In this document: one piece after another, positions 16,697-23,831 of the stretch | Layout of the letters: each line of letters starts with the position of its first letter | Position numbering within the stretch: position 1 is the first letter of the stretch | The notes under the pieces: generated by a model | Databases searched by the model: none | Told to the model about the DNA's origin: nothing | The model's input: only the letters and a program-made list of their open reading frames with translations | Made by a program: the position numbers and the translations under genes | Assembly (NCBI GenBank): GCA_049972095.1 | Contig: JBMFKQ010000026.1 | Coordinates: 1 to 23,831 of the forward strand | From: Elusimicrobiales bacterium | GTDB taxonomy: Bacteria > Elusimicrobiota > Elusimicrobia > Elusimicrobiales > UBA9959 | Direction of reading: 5' to 3' | Length of the DNA: 23,831 nt

Positions 16697-17689
16697 TTAT
16701 GGAACTTCAATTGTTTCAAATATTATCTTTATTATTGTCTCAGATGTTATCTCCTCTGCCTCTGCTTCATAGCTGAGAAGAATTCTGTGTCTTAAAACAT
16801 CAAAGCTTATGTTTTTTATGTCTTGGGGTGTTATATAAGCCCTTCCCTCCATAAATGCATATGCCTTTGCTGCCTGTATAAGAAAAAGGCTGGCTCTTGG
16901 GCTTGCTCCGTATCTTATCCACGGCTTTATTTTATCAATCTTATATTTTTCAGGAAACCTTGTGGCATTGACTATATCAACAACATAGGATTTTATCTTA
17001 TCATCAACATATATGTTTTCTACAAGCTTTCTTGCATTGATTATCTTTTCTACATCAACAACTGGATTTATTTCTATATTCTTGCCAGTGGTTATTGTAT
17101 CTATTATTCTTAACTCTTGCTCTTTTGAAGGATATGTGATATTAACCTTAAGCATAAACCTGTCAACCTGAGCCTCAGGAAGTGGATATGTTCCTTCCTG
17201 TTCTATTGGGTTTTGTGTTGCCATTACAAGAAATGGATCTGGAAGTTTATAGGTATTGTCTCCTATTGTTACCTGTCTTTCCTGCATTGCTTCAAGAAGA
17301 GCACTTTGAACCTTTGCTGGCGCTCTGTTTATCTCATCTGCAAGTATTATATTTGCAAATATAGGTCCTTTCTTTATCATAAAACTTCCGCTGCCTTGAT
17401 GGTATATAAGGGTGCCGATTATATCTGCTGGAAGCAGATCGGGTGTGAACTGTATCCTCTGAAATCGTGCCTTTATTGCCTGTGCAAGTGTTTTGATAGT
17501 AGTGGTTTTGGCAAGTCCGGGAACTCCTTCAACAAGTATGTGTCCGTTTGAAAGTATAGCCACAAGCAGAGAATTTATCATCTCTTGCTGGCCTGAAATT
17601 ATTTTTGATACCTCCTTTTTGATATCTTGAAGAAATATTGATTCTTCTTTTATTTTCTCACTAAGTTTAGATAGTTCCATTACCTCCAT
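16697..17689 (-). CDS. moxR: MoxR-family AAA+ ATPase
   Basis: Walker A EGVPGLAKT, RIQFTPDLLPADIIG, Walker B LADEINRAPAKVQSALLEAMQE, ATQNPIEQEGTYPLPEAQVDRF, GASPRA. SD GGAGG upstream. Confidence 0.97.
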   Translation of the reverse strand: MEVMELSKLSEKIKEESIFLQDIKKEVSKIISGQQEMINSLLVAILSNGHILVEGVPGLAKTTTIKTLAQAIKARFQRIQFTPDLLPADIIGTLIYHQGSGSFMIKKGPIFANIILADEINRAPAKVQSALLEAMQERQVTIGDNTYKLPDPFLVMATQNPIEQEGTYPLPEAQVDRFMLKVNITYPSKEQELRIIDTITTGKNIEINPVVDVEKIINARKLVENIYVDDKIKSYVVDIVNATRFPEKYKIDKIKPWIRYGASPRASLFLIQAAKAYAFMEGRAYITPQDIKNISFDVLRHRILLSYEAEAEEITSETIIKIIFETIEVP

Positions 17690-17806
17690 TTTTCCTCCAT
17701 AATCTGAAAGTAATGTTATTCGGATATAAAAATATTTTATAAAATAAATTTAGTAAAATTCTTGTGTATAGTTAGATCTATATATGATGTTTTTTAGGGA
17801 GGAGTG

Positions 17807-18664
17807 ATGGAAGATATGAAACTCAATGGTAATAGATTGGATATAAAGAATCAGCAGGAAGAGGTATATGAACTTGCAGGTTTTAATGAAAGATTTTTAG
17901 CATATCTTATAGATACATTTCCTTTTGTTTTTCTTAATTATTTCACACTTTCTATTGCTATAAAAAATAATTATGTTGTTTATTCAAATTCTCTGAATAT
18001 AAGATGGAAGATAGCATGGCTTTTTTTATTTATACTTTATGAGACAATATTTACCTCTGGTGGTAGGAGAACAGTTGGTAAAAAGATTCTTGGCATAAGA
18101 GTCATACATAAAAACGGTGGGAATCTGACTGTGTTAGGTGCTTTTGTTAGAGTTGTTGGATATTTTATAAGCTCTCTTATAATTAATATTGGCTATTTAA
18201 TGGCACTTTTCAATAGAAACAGACGCACACTTCACGATTTTATCGCATCAAGTGTTGTTGTTAGAACTTCTGAAAAGTCAGCTTTTATAGAAGGGCTCAT
18301 ACTTGTGGTTTCATGGATATCTCTTGCATTTCTTGTGGGAAGTTGGCTTAACAGAACAGTTTTGGCAATAACACCTTCAGAGCAAAAGCAGATAAATGAG
18401 GCAAGAAGAACCCTTTTAAAACTTGCAAAGCTTGAGGAGATACATTACAGAAAGTATGGTTTCTACACGAATGATTTAAAAAAACTTGCTGAGCTTACTG
18501 GAAATATTAAAGCAGTAAGATATGAGCTTGCAAAGACTTTGGCTGAAGGATCTCTTGAGATAGCAAGTGATGGTAAAAGTTTTATTATATGGGCAAAAGC
18601 AAAAAACTGGAGGAAAACAAGGGTTGAGGTATCTAGTGACCAGCTGAATAAATCATCACCGTAA
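17807..18664 (+). CDS. RDD family membrane protein with C-terminal type IV pilin-like domain
   Basis: RDD motifs AGFNERFLAYLID, TVGKKILGIRV, RRTLHDFIASSVVV; then a TM helix and EARRTLLKLAKLEEIHYRKYGFYTNDLKKL. SD AGGGAGG upstream; start is GTG 17804 or ATG 17807. Confidence 0.88.
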   Translation: MEDMKLNGNRLDIKNQQEEVYELAGFNERFLAYLIDTFPFVFLNYFTLSIAIKNNYVVYSNSLNIRWKIAWLFLFILYETIFTSGGRRTVGKKILGIRVIHKNGGNLTVLGAFVRVVGYFISSLIINIGYLMALFNRNRRTLHDFIASSVVVRTSEKSAFIEGLILVVSWISLAFLVGSWLNRTVLAITPSEQKQINEARRTLLKLAKLEEIHYRKYGFYTNDLKKLAELTGNIKAVRYELAKTLAEGSLEIASDGKSFIIWAKAKNWRKTRVEVSSDQLNKSSP

Positions 18665-18681
18665 GTGCGCTTTTGAGTTTA

Positions 18682-19086
18682 TTAGAAGCTATGCTGTTTC
18701 TTCTGACAGGTAAGGCAGTATCTGCTATATGGAATGGCTATAAGTCTTTTTTTCTCTATTGGATTTTTACATAATTCACATATTCCATAACTTCCGTTTT
18801 CTATTTTTTTCAAAGCTGAATCTATTTCTTTAAGAATATTTTTTTCATTTGACGATACATCGAATTTAAGTTCTTTTTCTATTGTTTTAACCACATCATC
18901 TATTTCATCACCAATCTCTCTTTCGGTTGTTGTTTCATACTCTGATTGGATTTTTATATTTTTAAGAATTTCTCTTTTTTTCTTTTCCAATAGCTTTTTT
19001 ATCTCATTTAGATTTATTGATGAGTCTTGGTTAGATTTTATTGAGATTTTTTTTATATTTTTCTTATTTGTTTTCTTTTTCATCAT
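18682..19086 (-). CDS. dksA: DksA/TraR C4-type zinc-finger protein
   Basis: Coiled coil with acidic tip GDEIDD, EIDSALKKIENGSYGICELC, RLIAIPYSRYCLTCQ; Lys-rich N-terminal extension. Confidence 0.9.
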   Translation of the reverse strand: MMKKKTNKKNIKKISIKSNQDSSINLNEIKKLLEKKKREILKNIKIQSEYETTTEREIGDEIDDVVKTIEKELKFDVSSNEKNILKEIDSALKKIENGSYGICELCKNPIEKKRLIAIPYSRYCLTCQKKQHSF

Positions 19087-19096
19087 CTTTCCTTTT

Positions 19097-20050
19097 TTAG
19101 TATCTTGATGTTGAGAAAAACATAGGTTTTTTTTCAGTTATTATTTGTTTATTTTCTTCAACTCTATCCTTCATATATTTTGGTATAGTTAAAAAAGCAT
19201 CAAACTTTTCAACATCTATATATCTAAATTTTTTTACAAAATTTTTTGAATGTATGTCAACAAGTTTTTTATCAACTCTTATATCATAATCTGAAGCTAA
19301 AAGATATGACCATGGCATATCATAACTTGGTATGAAGGATACATACGATAAAACATTGTTGAAGACTTTTTTGAGTGTGTGATAAAGTGCAATATGAAGC
19401 TCAAGTTGAAGTATATGTCCTGGTCCTGCTTGTATTGCAAGTATACCATTTTTTGTGAGTTTGCTTTTAAGCTTTTTGTAAAACTCAACTGTATAAAGCT
19501 GATATGCTGGGCCTCCCTTTATAGGCGATGGAAGATCAGAATATATTATGTCAAAACTAAGATTTGTGTTTTCTATAAACTTTTTTGCATCCTGGATAAG
19601 AATAATAACTCTATCATCGTCAAAACTTCCTCTATGCCATTCTTTAAGATATTTTTTTGCAAACCTGACTATGTTATGATCTATATCTACCATAACAACC
19701 TTCTTTGCAGCTCTATAGTTAAGGATCTCCCTTGCAGTTGCACCTTCACCACCTCCCATTATTGCAAAGGTTTGTGGTATTTTTCTTGAAAGAAGTATTG
19801 CAGGTATGACAAGGGATTCATGATATATAAACTCATCAAGTTCGCTTGATTGTGTTTCTCTATCAATTATGAGAACCTTGCCGAAAGAATATGTTTCAAC
19901 AAGTGTTGCTGTTTGGAATTCTGTCTTGTATGAGCTGATACATCTTTTTATTTGATGAGAGTGAAACTCACCTCTTGTAAAAAATTCAACAAACCACTCT
20001 CCCTTTGGAAATTTTTCTCTATCGGACTTAATCCATTTTGGTCTAACCAT
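19097..20050 (-). CDS. speE: Polyamine aminopropyltransferase (SpeE family, thermospermine-synthase-like)
   Basis: KTEFQ, FGKVLIID...QSSELDEFIYHESL, GGGEGATAREIL, VMVDID, LYTVEFY; directly downstream of speD. Confidence 0.92.
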   Translation of the reverse strand: MVRPKWIKSDREKFPKGEWFVEFFTRGEFHSHQIKRCISSYKTEFQTATLVETYSFGKVLIIDRETQSSELDEFIYHESLVIPAILLSRKIPQTFAIMGGGEGATAREILNYRAAKKVVMVDIDHNIVRFAKKYLKEWHRGSFDDDRVIILIQDAKKFIENTNLSFDIIYSDLPSPIKGGPAYQLYTVEFYKKLKSKLTKNGILAIQAGPGHILQLELHIALYHTLKKVFNNVLSYVSFIPSYDMPWSYLLASDYDIRVDKKLVDIHSKNFVKKFRYIDVEKFDAFLTIPKYMKDRVEENKQIITEKKPMFFSTSRY

Positions 20051-20399
20051 CTATCAGTACCCCTCTCTCAAGTTTCATAACACTGAAATGTTTTGCCTTT
20101 AACCTTTTTTTTATAAGTCTAAAGGACTTCCATGGATCAGAGTGATCACCGCATGTAAAAAAATCAACAGATGCAAATCTATGTTCAGGCCATGTGTGTA
20201 TTGAAAGATGTGACTCTGCAATTACTATAACTCCTGACACGCCGTATGGCTTAAATTTGTGGAATATTGAGTCAATTATTGTTGTGTTTGCTTCCTTGGC
20301 ACAGCTCATCATAACTTCTTGTATATAGTCAACATCAGATAGAAATTTTGAATTACATCCATAAAGCTCAACTATTAGATGTTTTCCCAATGCTTTCAT
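20043..20399 (-). CDS. speD: S-adenosylmethionine decarboxylase proenzyme (class 1B)
   Basis: LGKHLIVELYGC, HKFKPYGVSGV, autocleavage site AE|SHLSIHTWPE, DFFTCG. Confidence 0.95.
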   Translation of the reverse strand: MKALGKHLIVELYGCNSKFLSDVDYIQEVMMSCAKEANTTIIDSIFHKFKPYGVSGVIVIAESHLSIHTWPEHRFASVDFFTCGDHSDPWKSFRLIKKRLKAKHFSVMKLERGVLIDG

Positions 20400-20424
20400 A
20401 ATAAAGATTTTACTAAAAATTGTT

Positions 20425-21270
20425 TTATTTAAGAACTATTTTTGAAACCTTTTTAAGCTCTTCAATAATCTGTTTCCTTTTTGAGTTTACAATGGCTAAT
20501 TTTAATGAATTTTTTATTTCATCTTTTATTTCTTCAAAAGGAGTAATTTTTTCTGGTTTTATATCTTCTATAAAGAGAAATGAATAACCATTTCCTGTTT
20601 TGATTGGTCCTACATATTTTTTTATGTCTTTGTCAAAAACCTCTTTTTCAATATCAGGCATAAGCATTCCTTTTGAAATGTAGCCTAAATCTCCCGAGTT
20701 TTTCTTTAGATTTTCATCTGCGTTTTTAGCCCCAGCAAGCTTTATAAAATCAGCTCCTGCATCAAGAGCAACTTTTACATCCTCTGCCTCCTTTTCATTA
20801 AGAACAAATATCTGTCTGAGTTTTATGAGTTTTGGAGTTTTAAACTGATTTAAGTTTGCCTCATAATATTTTTTTGCATCTTCATCTGTTACATTAATGT
20901 TTGATAAAGCAATAATGGTCTTTTCTGCTATCAGCTTATTTTTTATTATCTCATAGTATTCACTTTCAGCTAATCCTATTTTTTTTATCACCTTTTTGAA
21001 ATCTTGTTCAGATGCAAATCTCTTTTTTATTCCTTTTATAAATTCCTCAAATTCACTATTAGTTATTGTTATATTCCTTTTTTTTGCTTCATCTAAAAGC
21101 ATTCTTTCTTCAATGAGTTCTTCAAGTGCAAGGTCAAAGTTTGATATAAGAAGTCTTGAAGCAACATCCTTTAATGTGATCTTATATCCATTGACCTCTG
21201 CAATCACTGATTTATCACCACAAACCGCAGGTGAGGTGAATGAGAGCAGTATAATTATAAGTTTTTTCAT
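20425..21270 (-). CDS. PrsA/SurA-like parvulin-type peptidyl-prolyl isomerase (exported foldase)
   Basis: Signal peptide, VIAEVNGYKIT, LIEERMLLDEAKKRNI, IKLRQIFV, GADFIKLA, SGDLGYI, GPIKTGNGY. SD AAGGAGG upstream. Confidence 0.9.
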   Translation of the reverse strand: MKKLIIILLSFTSPAVCGDKSVIAEVNGYKITLKDVASRLLISNFDLALEELIEERMLLDEAKKRNITITNSEFEEFIKGIKKRFASEQDFKKVIKKIGLAESEYYEIIKNKLIAEKTIIALSNINVTDEDAKKYYEANLNQFKTPKLIKLRQIFVLNEKEAEDVKVALDAGADFIKLAGAKNADENLKKNSGDLGYISKGMLMPDIEKEVFDKDIKKYVGPIKTGNGYSFLFIEDIKPEKITPFEEIKDEIKNSLKLAIVNSKRKQIIEELKKVSKIVLK

Positions 21271-22322
21271 TTTTCCTCCTTGTAAAGATATATTGACTGT
21301 GTTGGATATGCAAATTCTATACTGTGTTTTTTAAAACTTTCAGCAATATCAAGAAGGATTTTTTCATTTATATCCAGATATTGATTATAATCAGATGATA
21401 AAACGTAATAAACAAACTCAAAATCTAAGGAATAGTCTGAAAATTTTACAAAATTTGCTCTATCAAATCGCACCGTTTTTTGCCTTTTTACTGCTTGCTC
21501 AACTATTTTGTTTACTTCTTTAATTTTTTCAAGAGGTGTATTATAGACAATTGAGATTTTAACAACCACCCTTCTTTCTTTCATCTTTGAAAAATTCTGA
21601 ATAACCTCTTCTGTTATCTTTGAGTTTGTAATAACAGCTGTCTCTCCACTAAGTGTCTTTATCTTTGTAGTTTTAAGTCCTATCTCTTCAACAACTCCTG
21701 ATATATTGAATGATTGAATAAGTATAAAATCACCTATCTTAAATGGTTTATCAAGAAGTATGACAAAGAAGTTGAATATATCTTTTAAGATTGTTTGAGA
21801 TGCAAGGGCAACAGCAACACCCCCAATTCCAATCCCTGCAAGAATTGAGCCTATATTAAAACCGGCGTTGTGAAGAAGAAAAAGCAAGCCAACAAGCCAC
21901 AGAAAAATCTTTATTATATTTCTTATTATATTTAGTGACCTCTGCTGGGATTCTTCTGGGGTCTCTGTTAGGCTTTCGAAAGCAACTGATGTTAGGCTAT
22001 CTATTATTTTTATAACTCTGTATATCACAACAGCAAGAAAAAGAAGTGTTGAAACTGTTAATATTCTTTGGTCAAGATGTGGCAAGATTCTTATAGAAAA
22101 GTAGAAGGATATAATGATTATCTCAATTTTTTTTATTTTGATTATATTATCAACTATAACATCATCTATTTTTGTCTCAGTTTTAGATGCTAAATCCTTG
22201 ATTTTTTTAAGTATTCGGGCTTTTAAAAAAAGTGATAAGTAATAGAGTAAAATAAATGTTACAAGGCTTATTATATATGATAGAATTGAGTTTCCATAAT
22301 AGTGTTTCAAAAGAAACTCCAT
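21267..22322 (-). CDS. mscS: Small-conductance mechanosensitive channel (MscS family)
   Basis: ILAGIGIGGVAVALASQ, DKPFKIGDFI, GVVEEIGLKTTKI, IQNFSKMKERR, FSDYSLDFE, IEFAYPTQ. Confidence 0.95.
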   Translation of the reverse strand: MEFLLKHYYGNSILSYIISLVTFILLYYLSLFLKARILKKIKDLASKTETKIDDVIVDNIIKIKKIEIIIISFYFSIRILPHLDQRILTVSTLLFLAVVIYRVIKIIDSLTSVAFESLTETPEESQQRSLNIIRNIIKIFLWLVGLLFLLHNAGFNIGSILAGIGIGGVAVALASQTILKDIFNFFVILLDKPFKIGDFILIQSFNISGVVEEIGLKTTKIKTLSGETAVITNSKITEEVIQNFSKMKERRVVVKISIVYNTPLEKIKEVNKIVEQAVKRQKTVRFDRANFVKFSDYSLDFEFVYYVLSSDYNQYLDINEKILLDIAESFKKHSIEFAYPTQSIYLYKEEK

Positions 22323-22329
22323 AGTTTAC

Positions 22330-22359
22330 ATTATATCATTATTTAATTTTTAGGGTAAA
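22330..22359 (-). promoter_or_regulatory. Putative sigma70 promoter of mscS (likely leaderless transcript)
   Basis: Minus strand TTTACC, 18-nt spacer, TG-A-TATAAT (22338-22330), then 7 nt to the ATG at 22322. No SD. Confidence 0.55.
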
Positions 22360-22511
22360 TAATCTATGTTAGATAAATAAAAATGTCTTGGAAGTGGTCT
22401 TATTGAATAAAAAAGAATATCTTTTTATGATGGAGGGGTTGGAGATGGAATTAATAAGAAGGCAGATAGATATGACACTAAACTTGATGTAAGTATTCTT
22501 GGCTATATATA

Positions 22512-22544
22512 AATTTTGCGCTTAAAAATTTTTAAGACAAAATT
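22512..22544. repeat. Imperfect 33-bp palindrome with a perfect 16-bp core
   Basis: AATTTTG-cg-CTTAAAAATTTTTAAG-a-CAAAATT; the core 22521-22536 is its own reverse complement. Confidence 0.6.
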
Positions 22545-22696
22545 ATTATCCGGTATAATATCATTTAGGAGACATTTATTTTTTATCTAACTCAGGATAT
22601 ACTCAATTGTGTCTTTTTAATTATTTTCAATAGTAATCTCACCGATTTTTTGCTGGGTTAAGAATAATATCGTTTATCTATATATGATTTCGTAAG

Positions 22697-23831
22697 TTAT
22701 TTAAGTAGTTTATTCTCTAACGCTTCCTCAAATTCTTTTTCCAATGATTTATTATAAAATGGTAATCCAATTAGTTTAAAGTATTTATCCTCAAATTTCA
22801 AATCAGTATATGCTCTCTTTTCTATCTCAAGCAAAAACTTTTGCTTCCATCCCTCCTTAGAATTTTCAAATCTTCCCTGATTATCTTTAAACTGATCTCC
22901 TTTAGGTTCGATAAAAATCTGATAAATGCTAATGACCCTATTTCTTTTCTTCAAAATCATTACAAAATCCGGTTCAAATGTCCTACCTTCATCAAAATCA
23001 AAAATTTGGAAAAACTTTTCATTTCTAAGCAAGGCAATGTCTGAATATTTTTGTCTTAACTTTTCTATAAAACTATCAATGAAGTTTATAAATTCTTTCT
23101 CCTCGCTTGTTCCATAAAGTTCATTTTGTGCATACCAATCTTTATCTGATAAATTTATGCCTTGCGCTCCTTTAACACGTTCGTCATCGCTATCTATTTT
23201 TAGAATTTTATCCCTAAAAATTTCTTTAAGCATTCTTGCTTTAAATAAGGTTGTCCCTACGAATTCTGATGTATTTATTCTTGCTTGTTCCGCTATTTCT
23301 TTAATTACGAATAAAGCTATGTTTAATTTCTCCTCTGGTGTTAAATTATTAACCTTTTCTTTTGGACCTGAAATCTCTACTTCAACACTGCCTAAATAAC
23401 TCGGCGATGATATAAATTCTTTAATAGATTTTAAATTAGGGAAATATTTTTTAAGGCTATCAAATTTATAAAACTCAAGCTTGTCTAAAGCATTACGAAG
23501 GACATTCTCTCCAAAATCAATCAATTTATATTTTATTTTTGCCCTTGTAATAGTTGAGGATTTTGGTTTTTCCGTATCATCTAAAATAACCTCTTCTTTT
23601 AATTCTCCTGTTCTCAATTCATACTGATAATTATCTTTAATTTTTGCATCCTGTAGGCTAAATATTCCCGTTCTTGGGTTTTGTATTCTATCGTTTATAA
23701 AAATTACTCCATTTCTCCAAAAATCACTCTTTTTAAATTCAGGTTTAATAAATAGTTCTCTTTGAACATACTTTTCGGGCAAAATTCCCATTTCCGTAAG
23801 AGTGCTTTTAATTTCCTGAATATACCTTGGC
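22697..23831 (-). CDS. res: Type III restriction-modification system Res subunit, C-terminal part (5' truncated by window edge)
   Basis: The frame stays open to the window end (...PRYIQEIKSTLTEMGIL...). C-terminal PD-(D/E)xK nuclease motif FEPDFVM...QIFIEPKG, with YGTSEEKEFI, LLRNE and WKQKFL...IGLPFY, as in Type III Res proteins. The helicase part lies outside the window. Confidence 0.85.
   Translation of the reverse strand, partial: PRYIQEIKSTLTEMGILPEKYVQRELFIKPEFKKSDFWRNGVIFINDRIQNPRTGIFSLQDAKIKDNYQYELRTGELKEEVILDDTEKPKSSTITRAKIKYKLIDFGENVLRNALDKLEFYKFDSLKKYFPNLKSIKEFISSPSYLGSVEVEISGPKEKVNNLTPEEKLNIALFVIKEIAEQARINTSEFVGTTLFKARMLKEIFRDKILKIDSDDERVKGAQGINLSDKDWYAQNELYGTSEEKEFINFIDSFIEKLRQKYSDIALLRNEKFFQIFDFDEGRTFEPDFVMILKKRNRVISIYQIFIEPKGDQFKDNQGRFENSKEGWKQKFLLEIEKRAYTDLKFEDKYFKLIGLPFYNKSLEKEFEEALENKLLK

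Noticed and set aside
17724..17746. Overlapping A/T palindromes (AAAATATTTT, ATTTTATAAAAT) in the moxR/RDD divergent region
   Set aside because: Pure A/T palindromes of 10-12 bp are expected by chance at this composition.
22505..22670. Minus-strand protein-like frame (…TQQKIGEITIENN*KDTIEYILS*IKNKCLLND…) downstream of res
   Set aside because: Two stops, no start and no recognisable family; indistinguishable from AT-rich spacer without a search.
407..23399. Numerous short plus-strand ORFs in the track (e.g. 407-649, 7241-7561, 16334-16795, 19379-19789, 23157-23399)
   Set aside because: All lie antisense to well-supported genes, are F/S/I/L-rich shadows of A-rich coding strands, and lack SDs or motifs.
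1..23831. CRISPR array, IS element, integrase, rRNA or riboswitch
   Set aside because: No regularly spaced direct repeats, transposase or recombinase motifs were seen, and the intergenic gaps are too short or unstructured.

Overview
AT-rich bacterial chromosomal segment, mostly core genes on the minus strand. The gene and domain repertoire is suggestive of Elusimicrobiota (inference only). One long minus-strand run reads moxR - DUF58 - membrane protein - batA - batB/C fusion - batD - batE - rpiB - tal/pgi (with an extra Ig-like C-terminal domain) - [decayed ORF] - miaB - PilZ - miaA - hflX - plsY - DUF151 nuclease - IHF/HU - MerR-like HTH - tRNA-Tyr(GTA) - tRNA-Ser(GGA). A single plus-strand gene, an RDD protein with a pilin-like C-terminal domain, is divergent from moxR. 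A second minus-strand run reads mscS - PrsA-like PPIase - speD - aminopropyltransferase (thermospermine-synthase-like) - dksA. The right edge holds the 3' part of a Type III restriction Res subunit with different codon usage, probably the edge of a defence island. No CRISPR array, rRNA or IS element was seen. Most notable: a nested in-frame gene with its own perfect Shine-Dalgarno inside tal/pgi, the RDD-pilin fusion, a Cys-tailed PilZ protein wedged between miaB and miaA, an ACL5-like aminopropyltransferase with an altered gatekeeping loop, and several candidate leaderless genes.
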